Shown piece after piece: positions 12,560 to 22,865 of a stretch of DNA of 64,000 nt (positions are counted from its first letter, which is position 1; every line of letters begins with the position of its first letter). The notes under the pieces are model-generated. The model saw nothing but the letters and a program-made list of their open reading frames with translations, was not told where the DNA came from and did not search any database. The position numbers were made by a program, and so were the translations under genes. The DNA is from Bispira polyomma (Eukaryota), in contig OZ287753.1 of the NCBI GenBank assembly GCA_965649765.1, positions 70,990,001 through 71,054,000 on the forward strand, read 5' to 3'.

Positions 12560-13390
12560 GAGTGTAAGTCACTCCCCTGGTTTCTTGCTCGCCCTTATGA
12601 GGACAGGTGCCTTTTTGGTAATATCTGCAAGGGATGGACTTCTCATGATTTTTCTTGGGGCTGCTTTCTTATACGGTCTAACTTATGAGAATCTCCCCAG
12701 GATACTTTCCCTTCTTCCATTTTACATAAAAGCACAGCATGTGCACCCTTAGCAGAAGCCCAAGAAAAATCATGAGATCAGCTAAGTACTCCAACATATG
12801 ATTTTTAGTGTCAATATCAGCTTCCTCTCTAGCAATACTGGCGAAACCCACCACCCATTGAGACATGGACAAGGAGTCGTAAGAGACTCTAGTTTTATTT
12901 TGCCCCCAAGAATATAACTTTGTGGCCAGGATATTTTGTTCTTCACCCACACTGTCTCTGTGCCCCCTCGCTGAGACTTGCACGTACCTGATTCATTAAT
13001 CTGGACGAGCTCTTTCAGGCACAAATCAACAGCAGTCTGCAGGGATTGGGATGATCTCAGGGTCTGCAGTGTGGGCACTAACAACTCCTCCAGCTGGGCA
13101 GCCTGTGACTTCTGTACAGGAATCTCAAGACTCGGAGTTGCCTCCGAGATATGGGCTCTACGCTCCCCGTGATCGACCTTTTCTTCGACTTTTGTCATAC
13201 AATTGCTTAAAGCTTTCAGTTCATTGAGTATTTGCAGAATGATATCCGCAGAGGTCACACCTTCACTGGGGGCAGAGTTCTGCATTTCTGAATCAGTTTC
13301 CACTACATTATCACCGGTACAGTTCTCATCAATTGGCTTAGCGTGGCTACTACCACATTTTGAACAGTCATACAGTTTTCTTGGCGCCAT
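12560..13390 (-). pseudogene. ORF1/gag-like protein of YR element 1 (N-terminal CX2CX3HX7C), frameshifted; 3' end approximate
   Basis: ATG at 13390 in strong context (GCCATGG); MAPRKLYDCSKCGSSHAKPIDENC, then a coiled-coil-like segment; continues in another frame as YDSLSMSQWVVGF...MLEYLADLM. Confidence 0.75.
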
Positions 13391-13689
13391 GGCCTCTGAT
13401 AAGTACACAAAGAAAGATCGTGCCTTAGATACCTGCGAATATACGTTATAGAGGAAACGAAATGTGAATTAAAACCCACAAAGAGGCCAAAAAGCCAGAA
13501 TTTGAATGGTAACATCCCTGTGTAAATATTCTCAAGACTCTAAAGTGTGAGTCGACACGTAAGTCAGCAAGAAGTTTGTGGTTCCGTCAGTGTAGTATCA
13601 CATAACAGTTATAACACCTTGCACAGTATATTAGAGTCTATTTGAGATTAAAAACACTTGTAAACAGGTAAGTAAAAACAAACAAAATA

Positions 13690-13898
13690 AAAATAGAATA
13701 AAAATTTAAGATGGCATTGTTGCCTTATTGACTTCAATGTAAAAAGTGATGGTGCTGTAGAAAAAGCGGGAAAGCTGGGGTCAGTCAGTACAAACTGGCG
13801 AATTAGAAGAAGGGTTGAGAGGTCGTGACCCCAAGAGGTGAGTTAAGGAAAATACCGGTAAGCACTGAACTAACTAGCCCCTGTGGGTCTACCCCGCA
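13690..13898 (-). repeat. Split direct repeat A1 (5' terminus of YR element)
   Basis: Near-identical to 8353-8561. Confidence 0.95.
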
Positions 13899-14980
13899 TA
13901 ATTTTAACCACCAAAAGCAAAACTGTTTTAAATTCTGGATAAGTTCATGGTTAAAATACATGGTTACATAAAGGAATTGTTTACTTGGGTAACTGTTGGA
14001 CTTTATTGTGGCAGATTACTAATAAACAAGACCTTTTTAAGTGAACCTGTAAATGCCTAAAAGTTATAGGGTCATTAAAGTGGTAAAACGGTTTGTGTAG
14101 AAGAGACACTTTTTTTCTGGCTACAATATCTCAGTTGTGATTTCAAGTAAATGTCAGGTATTCAGTTGACATTTTTGTCAGTTTTATTAAACCATGAGCA
14201 TCAAACATGCAAACAAAATCATCATCAGAGTATGTAGTTAGATATACAAACTGATGTTTTATCTGATAAAGTTTAAAGTTGAGTACTCCCTGGCTATTGT
14301 TTTGTCACCTATAATTGCTATTGGAAATAAGTCACCTTTGATGCTTGTCGCATAACTTTGCAAACTTTTTTTTTCATTATGTTTCTTCTCAGCAATAACT
14401 GTTTTGTGTAGTCATTAAGAAATAAACATATTTTCCACAGTTACAGGCTACAGCAACTTTATTCTCAATTACATAAATAAATGATCGTTGTATACGGTTT
14501 ATACTTGTAATATAATTTTTCAAGAGCCCCTAAAATATTTAAAATTCTGTATGATTCAAACTTTTTTTCAAATTTATGAATTTTAGCTAATAAGGATTCC
14601 TTAATTTTGTAAAGGGTATCGATTATTTATTCTAAGTCTATAGCAATCATTGTTTGGTATGGGAATTTATTTTATAATATACAATTCTGTAGCATGTTTG
14701 TATTGCTGAATATATTTGTATGCGAATTCTCATACATAACTTGAAGCATATAGCCTGGAGTGATAATTAAAGCTCCATGCATTTGCTTGTAATAGTGATT
14801 TTAAAAGTATAGGTACACAAACTAGTACACACAAAGCAAAAACATGTTCATAAAGAATTTTATATAATATTTATGTACAGGTTAATAGTGTTAGACCATG
14901 GACAAAATAAAGGATAAAATGTTTATTTGTTAATCTTAAAAGAAGCTAGAAAAGTTTCCTTGCTGTAAAACATTGTTGAC

Positions 14981-16195
14981 ATGACGGATAGAATGGAGGA
15001 AATATATGACACATTAAGTGGTGTAGAAATTAAAGGCAAGAGTCACAACTGGCGAAAGACCGTGATATTTGTTATAGCTGTAGTATGTGGAAGTCTATTT
15101 GTCATACTTAGTAGATATAGAGGCACAATTCTCCTTTCCCAAAGTATTATGAAAACAAGACATCATTTGCATATTCACAATAGTACCAGAAAAATGTACA
15201 AAATATTTTACTACACTTGGTTCTATACTCGAAGAGAATGGTTTGGTTTAGGGAGCAGACCATTTACAGAATGCCATTATAAAAACTGTGTGGGCTCATC
15301 CAATCAGTCTGAGTTCAAATCCAGTGATGCAGTGCTAGTATCCATGAGACATTTTCCAGAGAAACAGCCACCTAAGCATAGAAACAAAAACCAACTGTGG
15401 ATCATGGTCATGCTTGAGTCACCAGTGCACAAGTTTCGAACCTACAGTCCTTTTAATGGATTCTTTAATGCCACTTTGACTTATAAAAGGTCATCCGATA
15501 TCTATTTGCCGCATGGACAAATTCAATCACATGGTAAACTCTTACCAAAGGATAAATCAGTGTTGTCAGTGCATACGAAATCTAAACTGGTGGCTTGGTT
15601 TGTGAGTAACTGTTACACACAGAGTCGGAGAGAGAGCTATGTTAAAGAACTGCAGAAGTACATCAAGGTAGATATATATGGAGGATGTGGCAAGCTGAAG
15701 TGTCCAAGGAATTTACATCTCGGAGGCTCCATAGACCCTTGCATGATGTTATTGAACAAGACATACAAGTTCTATCTGTCATTTGAGAACAGTCTGTGCA
15801 AAGAATATATGACAGAAAAATTATGGAATATCCTAAAGCTAGATGTGGTACCTGTGGTTTTAGGGACAGCTAACTACTCAAAGGTATTACCTTCCTATTC
15901 ATACATTGATGTTAGGGATTTTCCTTCACCTAAACACCTGGCTGACTATATTCAGTATTTGCACCTTCATGACCAAGAATATGAGAAGTATTTTACCTGG
16001 AAAAGACAGTATACTGTAATAAGCAGAGAATCAATGGCATGTAAGATATGTGCATATTTAAACCAAGCTTTTCCCTCAGGAAGCTCGACCAAGGAAAAGG
16101 TGGTTCAAAGACTGGATTTATTTTGGAATAAAAACAAAGACTGTCAGAGGCCTAAGGTGTTTTATCAAAATATAGCTGATGTAATGCATGCATAG
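14981..16195 (+). CDS. Alpha-1,3/4-fucosyltransferase (glycosyltransferase family 10), type II Golgi membrane protein, 404 aa, single coding exon
   Basis: N-terminal TM segment (TVIFVIAVVCGSLFVIL); MLESP, FNATLTYKRSSDI, VAWFVSNC, VDIYGGCG, YKFYLSFENSLCKEYMTEKLW (alpha-3-FucT motif), VVPVVLG, YIDVRDF. Likely splice acceptor TGTACAG| at 14880. Confidence 0.96.
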   Translation: MTDRMEEIYDTLSGVEIKGKSHNWRKTVIFVIAVVCGSLFVILSRYRGTILLSQSIMKTRHHLHIHNSTRKMYKIFYYTWFYTRREWFGLGSRPFTECHYKNCVGSSNQSEFKSSDAVLVSMRHFPEKQPPKHRNKNQLWIMVMLESPVHKFRTYSPFNGFFNATLTYKRSSDIYLPHGQIQSHGKLLPKDKSVLSVHTKSKLVAWFVSNCYTQSRRESYVKELQKYIKVDIYGGCGKLKCPRNLHLGGSIDPCMMLLNKTYKFYLSFENSLCKEYMTEKLWNILKLDVVPVVLGTANYSKVLPSYSYIDVRDFPSPKHLADYIQYLHLHDQEYEKYFTWKRQYTVISRESMACKICAYLNQAFPSGSSTKEKVVQRLDLFWNKNKDCQRPKVFYQNIADVMHA

Positions 16196-16214
16196 AGTGG
16201 ATGTATGAATATAT

Positions 16215-16410
16215 TGGTAAACTCGCCTTCCATCTCTCCCATCAAGGGTTTGAATCTCGGTGCTGGAAATCTTGTGAGAAAGTTGGCGGAAAACTTGCCA
16301 AAGGTTCAGAAATCAACTAAATTGTACTAGTTTCTGCCATCAGAAACTGCTTTTCATGCGATATAATACAATTATGTTGAATTTAACATTAAACCTAACC
16401 AAACAAATAA
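16215..16410 (+). mobile_element. Degenerate tRNA-derived SINE in the FucT 3' flank
   Basis: B-box-like GGTTTGAATCT followed by TGTGAGAAAGTT..ACTTGCC core and an A-rich tail; similar core at ~57245. Confidence 0.5.
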
Positions 16411-17150
16411 AACAATTGCTCAAGTGTTGCATGTACTGATCTCATTTTAATTATTCTGTTTGTATATTTGGAGTAATTGTGGTTTAGTTAAAGGTTCTAC
16501 TGTTTAATGTTACAAATGTGTAATAAATCCTTTTACTTGGTTATTTTTGTCACCCAGAAAATAGTAAATCTATAAGTAGACCGATTACTCGCCGATGCTT
16601 TGATTTACTGACCGGGTGCATGGCAAGGGACTCTAACTGCGATTCAGCTGACCTCATATCAGCAATGAATCGCACAAAGAGACACAAAATTTGGTCTTAA
16701 ACAAAGTACTACTACTAAAAACTACATATATATCATGTCAGCCTTTAAACCCGAATAATAAAAACCTTAAGTGTCACGTGATCAGATAATACTATCAAGT
16801 TAGATACTACATAACACTTGGCATTGAATATATAGATTACAAATTCAAACTTATAGAAAAATGACATACAAACACTATAGAGTAATGTAAAACGTCTTTG
16901 AAAAAGTAACCAGATAAAAAATAAAATGTACTTTACTGAGTTTGAAGTAGTTTTGTAGTAAGTTTTGAAGGCTTACGTAATATATATGTAGTAGTTCTTA
17001 CATATTTTTCATTTCTGAGAAGAGAATATATATGACATTATTAATTCAGTACATATGTTGTTAGGAATAATTGATGCATATATCTCACGCTATATATATA
17101 TATCCCACATCTAAATGTTAAAGAGTTTATGGACTTAATTTCTTAATTTT

Positions 17151-17593
17151 GCGGAGTGGAATACTTTTTCTACTGCCTTACTGATTTTGAAAACTTGATG
17201 TCCTTAACTCATAAATGGGACTAGTCTCTTATCAGGCCTAATATTTTATAAGTTCTACAGCTGCCTGCTATAATTTTTCTGCACAAACCTCTTTTTTTAA
17301 CTTTAATAACCCTATTACTCTCAGTTATTAATACTCTTACTTGAAATGGTTTCCTGTAATGTCTTGTTAAAGAGTATACGTGCTTTATTTTAACTGCGAA
17401 GTGGAAATACTTTTTCTACTGCCTTACTTATTTTAAAAGCTTGATGTCCTTAACTCCTGAATCAAACTAGTCTCTCATCAGGCCTAATTTATATCAAGTT
17501 GTACAGCTGCCTGCAATAACTTTTCTGCACACTTTAATAACCCTATAACTCTTAGGCATTAATAGTCTCACTTGAAAGGGGTTATGGTTTCCT
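17151..17593. repeat. Two diverged direct copies of a ~245-bp unit
   Basis: GTGGA(A)ATACTTTTTCTACTGCCTTACT...CAGCTGCCTGC...ACTTGAAA at ~17156 and ~17401. Confidence 0.85.
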
Positions 17594-17782
17594 GCAAATT
17601 ATGTCTCGTTCTAATTGTACTTTGGGAAAGGAGAATTGTGCCTTTATATCTACTAAGTATGACAAATAGACTTCCACTTACTACAGCTATAATAATTATC
17701 ATGGTCTTTCGCCAGTCACAACTCTTGCCTAAATTTCTATACCACTTATTGTGTCATACATTTCCTCAGTTCTATCCCTCAT
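17594..17782 (-). pseudogene. Truncated inverted paralog of the fucosyltransferase 5' end (tail, TM, start of stem)
   Basis: Reverse complement translates MRDRTEEMYDTISGIEI* (1-bp deletion creates TAG), then ...WRKTMIIIIAVVSGSLFVILSRYKGTILLSQS, matching 14981-~15170. Confidence 0.9.
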
Positions 17783-18300
17783 GTCAACATAGTTTTACAG
17801 CAAGATAACTTTTTCTTTTAAGATTAACAAATACACATTTTATCCTTTCAGCTGTGTCCATGGTCTAGCAATGTTAACCTGCAGATTAATATGTATATGA
17901 AATTCTTCATCAACATGTTTTTGCCCTGTGTGTACTAGAGTGTGTTCTTATTGTTTTAAAAACACTATTACAGGCCAGTGTATGGTGTTTTAATTATCAC
18001 TCCAGGCCATATGCTTCAAGATATGGATGAGAACTTGTATACAAATATATTCAGCGATAAAAAACATGCTACAGAATTGTATATTATAAAATAAATGGCC
18101 ATACCAAACAATAAATTCTATAGATTTAGAATAAAGAATCGATACCCTTTACAGAATTAAGGAATCCTTATTAGTTAAAATTTATATATTTGAAAAAAGT
18201 TTGAATTTTAAATATTCCAGGGGCTCTTGAAATTTGTGAATGGCAAATGTATATATTACAAGTATAAACATATGCAACCATTATTTATACATGTAATTTA

Positions 18301-18979
18301 TGCCGTGGTCACACTGAGTACAGTCGAGTTACGTTGTTTATTTTCCTAGATGTGTGAAAACGAAGTTAAAAACAGTCAGAAAATGGGGAAACGTAGCAAA
18401 AATCAAATGTATGGGCCGTTTTGTACACGTTTAGTACGCATCTGTACACGTTTGTACACACATTTAATACGTTTTAATAGCTTTTTCAATTATGTTTACC
18501 TCGTTAGCCACATTTTAATAATATGTGAGCCTTGTTGGCCACATTTTAGACTTGTTAGCCACGTTTTAGAACTACGTTAGTCATGCTTCTTGACCCGTTC
18601 TAGTCTCGTTCTTGTTTTTAACGTTTGTAAACCCATTTCGTTCTTGTTCTTCTCGTCCCTAATATTATTTGTAGGTATAGTTCATTTTTCTCCCACTCTT
18701 CATGTCAAATACGCACTGAATACGTTTCATACGTTTGCCGCAAGCACTCCACCTGTTTCCAGAAATTTTTGCAGCAAACGTCTAAAAACGTAAAAAAATT
18801 TGAGCAGTCCAAAAATTAAGATGTTTTTTTAAAAGCAGGAGATAACAAAACTTGAGGTACCACCTTTTCCTTCCGTTTACTTCCGTTTACTATGTTTTAC
18901 TTCCGTTAACTACGTTTTACCTTACGTGTTAGCCATTTTTCGTGTGTAAGCGAAGCGTAAGCTTAGTGGGACCACGGTA
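18301..18979. mobile_element. Non-autonomous DNA transposon, PIF/Harbinger-like
   Basis: TIRs TGCCGTGGTCACACT and AGTGGGACCACGGTA; flanked by TTA and TAA; absent from the paralogous site at ~14465; CpG-rich internal ACGTT micro-repeats. Confidence 0.8.
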
Positions 18980-19899
18980 TAAGAATAAAGTTGCTGTAGC
19001 CTGTAACTGTGGAAAATATGTTTATTTCTTAATGACTTCACATAACAGTTATTTCTTAGAAGATACATAATGAAGACAAAGATTGCAAAGTTATGTGACA
19101 AGCATCAAAGGTGATTTATTTCCATTAGTAATTATAGGTGACAAAAAATCTAGCTGGGGGAGTATTCAACTTCAAACTTCATCAGATAAAACATCAGTTT
19201 GTATATCTAACTACATACTCTGATGATGATTTTGTTTAAATGTGTGATGCTCATTGTACCCAAATAAAACTGTCAAAAATGTCACCTAAATAACTTACAT
19301 TTACTTGAAATTACAACTAAGATATGGTAGCCAGAAAAAAATCCCTTCTACACAAACCGTTTTACCTCTTTAATGACTTTTAGGCATTAACAGTCTCACT
19401 TGAAAATAAGTTATGGTTTTCTGTCAGCAGTTTTGGTCTTTTTTTTAGTTAACTGCCACAATAAAGTCTGACAAGCAAACCATAACTTCATGTCACCATG
19501 TACTTATCTAGAATTCATAACTCATAGGTTCGATTTGTAGAACAGTTTTGCTCTTTGTGGTTCAAAATTCTGGAATGGTTCCCCTTTTCATTGCTCAATC
19601 TCTATTACACACTCCCATCTTTTTGCAGCAAGTTGCAAACTTATCTATTCAATATTTTATAGTCCATTAGCTCCTCCTCAGTTCTTTTTGGACCGATGTT
19701 ATTGTTGTGTAGCTCCGTCTGTCTCTGAACCTTCATATTATTGTATTATGCTGTGATAAGAAAAGTGCCCTTAAATTATTTTTCACCAAAAAAAACAACC
19801 ATCGCTTTGATGCCTGTACATAGAGATCGAGTGATAGTAGATAACATTGGCGATACTGTGTCCCTGAACCCACTTCAAAGTGAATGTTAGCAAATAGCG

Positions 19900-20815
19900 G
19901 CTTTGGGAGTTGAGTTGAGATATGCCCATCACTTCTCCAATTGCCATGTACTTGGAGCTTATCTAAAGGCAGGTTGTTGTTAAAGGCAAGAGCAGCACCG
20001 CTCCTTCTAAAAGTGTGAAATACAGACTCGGCAGGTTTTAAACCCATAGCCACAACAAGTGATTTAAAGACATTTCTGACCTTAGAGGCTAATAGTATCA
20101 TTAGTTTTCCCTTTAACAGAATTTGAAACAGTGGCTGATCATCAGCAATTCTTAGGAACTTAAGCATATTTCTAACCGCTCTAACAGGACACAAGTTTGA
20201 ACCTCTAAGCTCAGGAAGCTGAACCACATGATAAGAACCAGAACGCTGCATGTTTTTAGCATGCTTACTAATTATATGCATACCTGGCTTACCAAACACT
20301 ATGTCTGCTACCACAGGTAGTCTAGTTTTATCGTATACTGATACAACTGAGGACACTAAAAATTCTAAACGGTAAAACCCAAAAAAAGGCTACTAAAAAC
20401 AAGGCCTGGAATACTGGAGCATTTGGAAGTTCCTGTATTCTATGAATCAAATCTGTTAACATATCTAATGTGATTATACCCTTAATGTTGAGCAATAGGG
20501 GGGCATTACTTCTCACAGATCTTATCATTAACTGCGCTTGTTTACACTTAAGTGCTGAATTGGGCCACTTATATATGCCAAAAAAGTGGTTTAAAACGAC
20601 ATTTTGCAATGAATTAGCTCTAAGTCCATTTTGAGCCAAAAATTCTACATAAGCTATCACAGTTAGTTCATCTTGAGGAGAGACCAGGTGAACAGCCACC
20701 ATGAAGGCAATGAACTGACGAAACCTGGCAGCATAAGCCGAAGCAGTCCTGGGTCGAAGTGCAGAATCAGATCTGGCCTCAGCTGAAGTCAATAACCACT
20801 GGACAGGTTTATTAT
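19900..20815 (-). pseudogene. Tyrosine recombinase of YR element 2, frameshifted and lacking the catalytic Tyr region
   Basis: ORFs 20328-20894 and 19733-20356 align with element 1 YR (ALRPRTASAY, LCPVRA, PLFQ, HTFRRSGA). Confidence 0.85.
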
Positions 20816-22590
20816 CTGAAAATACAACATACGGCCAGCAGTATGATTGCAATTTGTGCCACCTGTTGTCTTCTTCTCTCATGAGTTCAGACACAGGGCA
20901 GGCAGCTACATGTAAACACTAGTTTATGCAGAATAGTTTTGTTTTCCTTGTTAAATTTTTATTAAATTTATTGATAGACTTGAAGTAAAGTTTTTTCAAA
21001 CTAAACCAAATTAAAAGTAAAAGAAATTCCCTAAAGAGTTACCATAGTAAACTAAATATTTTTTTTTTCTTCAAGTCCCTGATGGGTTTCCATACTAAAT
21101 GAGCCAATTCGGCTCCAATAATTTACTATGGGGTTTAAGCCAATTGTAATTCTAAAGAGCATTGACATAACTATTATCAACATTCAAGCGGTAGTTACAC
21201 CATCTGGATAGAATATCTGCATAAATATTGAGTTCACCTTTAATATGACTGAAAGTTATACTGATATCATAAGAGGCCATAATAAGCCATATTGTCCTGG
21301 CACAAGCCATTAAAAAGGGATCTTTAATTTTATGATTATTCAGCACATTCACGACTGCTAGGTTATCACACCAAATGATTACTTTCTTTTTACTGAGAGC
21401 ATTAGCCCATACTCTTAAAGCCAACATTACATTAGCCATTTCAAAGTTTACAATGGTTAACCAATTACACAAGTGCTGAGGAATATCGAGAGTATATACT
21501 TGTTTTCCGTATTTAGCCCCCACTGCAAACAGTGAGGCATCCACGAATATATGATCCACCACATTAATGTGTTCAACATGTATTTCAACAGAACCGTTGA
21601 ATTTTTCCAAAAACGTGTTAAACCAATTAATGTCACGGTGAAATTCTTGGGAAAGGGCAATGTACCCAACCTTGGGAACAGCCCTTAAAGTTTGTAACAC
21701 ACGATTAACGAACAATCTGGCAGGCTTAATACATCTATGCAGATAGAGAAGTTTTCCCGTCAATTTCTGCAGTTGATTTTTGGTAGCAGTAGTTTTATAT
21801 GCCCATTTACTACAAATGTCTTTAACTTGAAGAATTTTTTCCTGTGGAATGGTCAATTTACCCTCTTTGACATTAATACAGATTCCTATACAAATTACTT
21901 CATTTTTAGGGCTCTCAAGCTTGGACGCACTTGTTGGGAGACCAAGTTTTTCAAGTAACACCAACAGAGCATTATATGCCTTCTGTGCATGCGCAGATTC
22001 CTCTACACCAATGAAATCGTCGATGTAGTTGATCAACCAATAACTTGCATTAAATGTCGTACACTGTCCATTACCAACTGGCATAATCCGGATCCCGTCC
22101 GAAACCCGAACGGCAGTGATATGTCTATGAATTTTTCACTATTCCAATTTAAGCCTAGTATGGGATAATCGAGTGGATCAATTTTTAAACGCGTTTTAAA
22201 TCAATTTTCCATATAAGGGCATTATCACCTATCTGTATAATACGTTGCACAATATTGTCTATCGTGGGATATGTCAATTTGTATTCTCCACCCATATAAG
22301 TATTCTTGCTAACATAGTCGTTAACAGATGTTCAGTGCGGCCAGGATAGGTCAATAATTGCACGAGTGGAGCCATCTGGCTTAGGTCTAGCCATAATAGG
22401 GGAGACATGTGTTGCTTCAAAGGGAAATTCTGTAAACGGGCCCACAATAGCCTCATATTTGAGTTCTGTTTTAAAGTAATTTTTATTAACTCCCACTACA
22501 TCCCGAGTTGCAGACTTATGGTTTTCATCTTTACCATTATGTTCAAATGTATCAGTTTTCCCCACAAAGGGACAGTAAATGCGGTAATTG
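19900..22590 (-). mobile_element. Second, decayed and truncated YR retrotransposon (RT/RNase H + YR), related to but distinct from element 1
   Basis: RT motifs HVSPIMARPKPDG..RAIIDLSWP, INYIDDFIG, LQKLTGKL; RNase H FVDAS, IVNFEMAN, WCDN, NIYADILSR; YR SVFHTFRRSGA, HGNWRS. Confidence 0.9.
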
Positions 22591-22599
22591 AATATTTGT

Positions 22600-22865
22600 A
22601 ATTAAAGTACACTAAGGTGGTCTTTAAGTCTAGGTAAGAGCCCCCGTAAGCAAGCCTAAGATACCATTCCACCTTAGTCTAGTTGGGGATATTTAGCTTG
22701 GGTTCAGCTGCCGCTGTTAAGATCAGGGTGAAGCTAAGGCTCACCTTAAGGTTAGGTCAACATAGCTAACTCTAAGTTCAGGTTAAGTCAGACTAAAACT
22801 GGCTAAACGTAAGGTAACCTTAAAGTTCCCTCAGCTGGTGTAAATAAAGTGTGTAGCTAACAATT
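22600..22865 (+). repeat. Diverged B-repeat-like block, opposite orientation to the adjacent YR element
   Basis: TAAGTTCAGGTTAAG...GTAAGGTAACCTTAAA...TGTAAATAAAGTGT resembles the reverse complement of B1/B2 (TAAGTTCAGGCTAAG...GTAAGGTGACCTTAAA...TGTAAATATAGTGT). Confidence 0.55.

Larger units (their letters stand above)
6899..13898 (-). mobile_element. Tyrosine-recombinase retrotransposon (DIRS order, Ngaro/PAT-type split direct repeats), structurally full-length ~7.0 kb, inactivated
   Basis: gag, RT/RNase H and YR on the minus strand. Repeats A1 13690-13898 = A2 8353-8561 and B1 8563-9055 = B2 6899-7391. Both ends are confirmed by the empty site at ~19564-19578. Confidence 0.95.
17594..19710 (-). 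repeat. Inverted segmental duplication of ~6760-6898 joined to 13899-~15170
   Basis: Continuous reverse-complement similarity, e.g. 14590-14625 vs 18135-18175, 14430-14465 vs 18983-19020, 6820-6898 vs 19570-19650; interrupted by a MITE at 18301-18979. Confidence 0.92.

Noticed and set aside
6899-13898. Currently active autonomous YR element, or an active recombinase-driven inversion switch at the FucT gene
   Set aside because: RT motif is YIDN, there are several frameshifts and a stop in YR, and element 2 is more decayed. No intact recombinase is encoded in the window.
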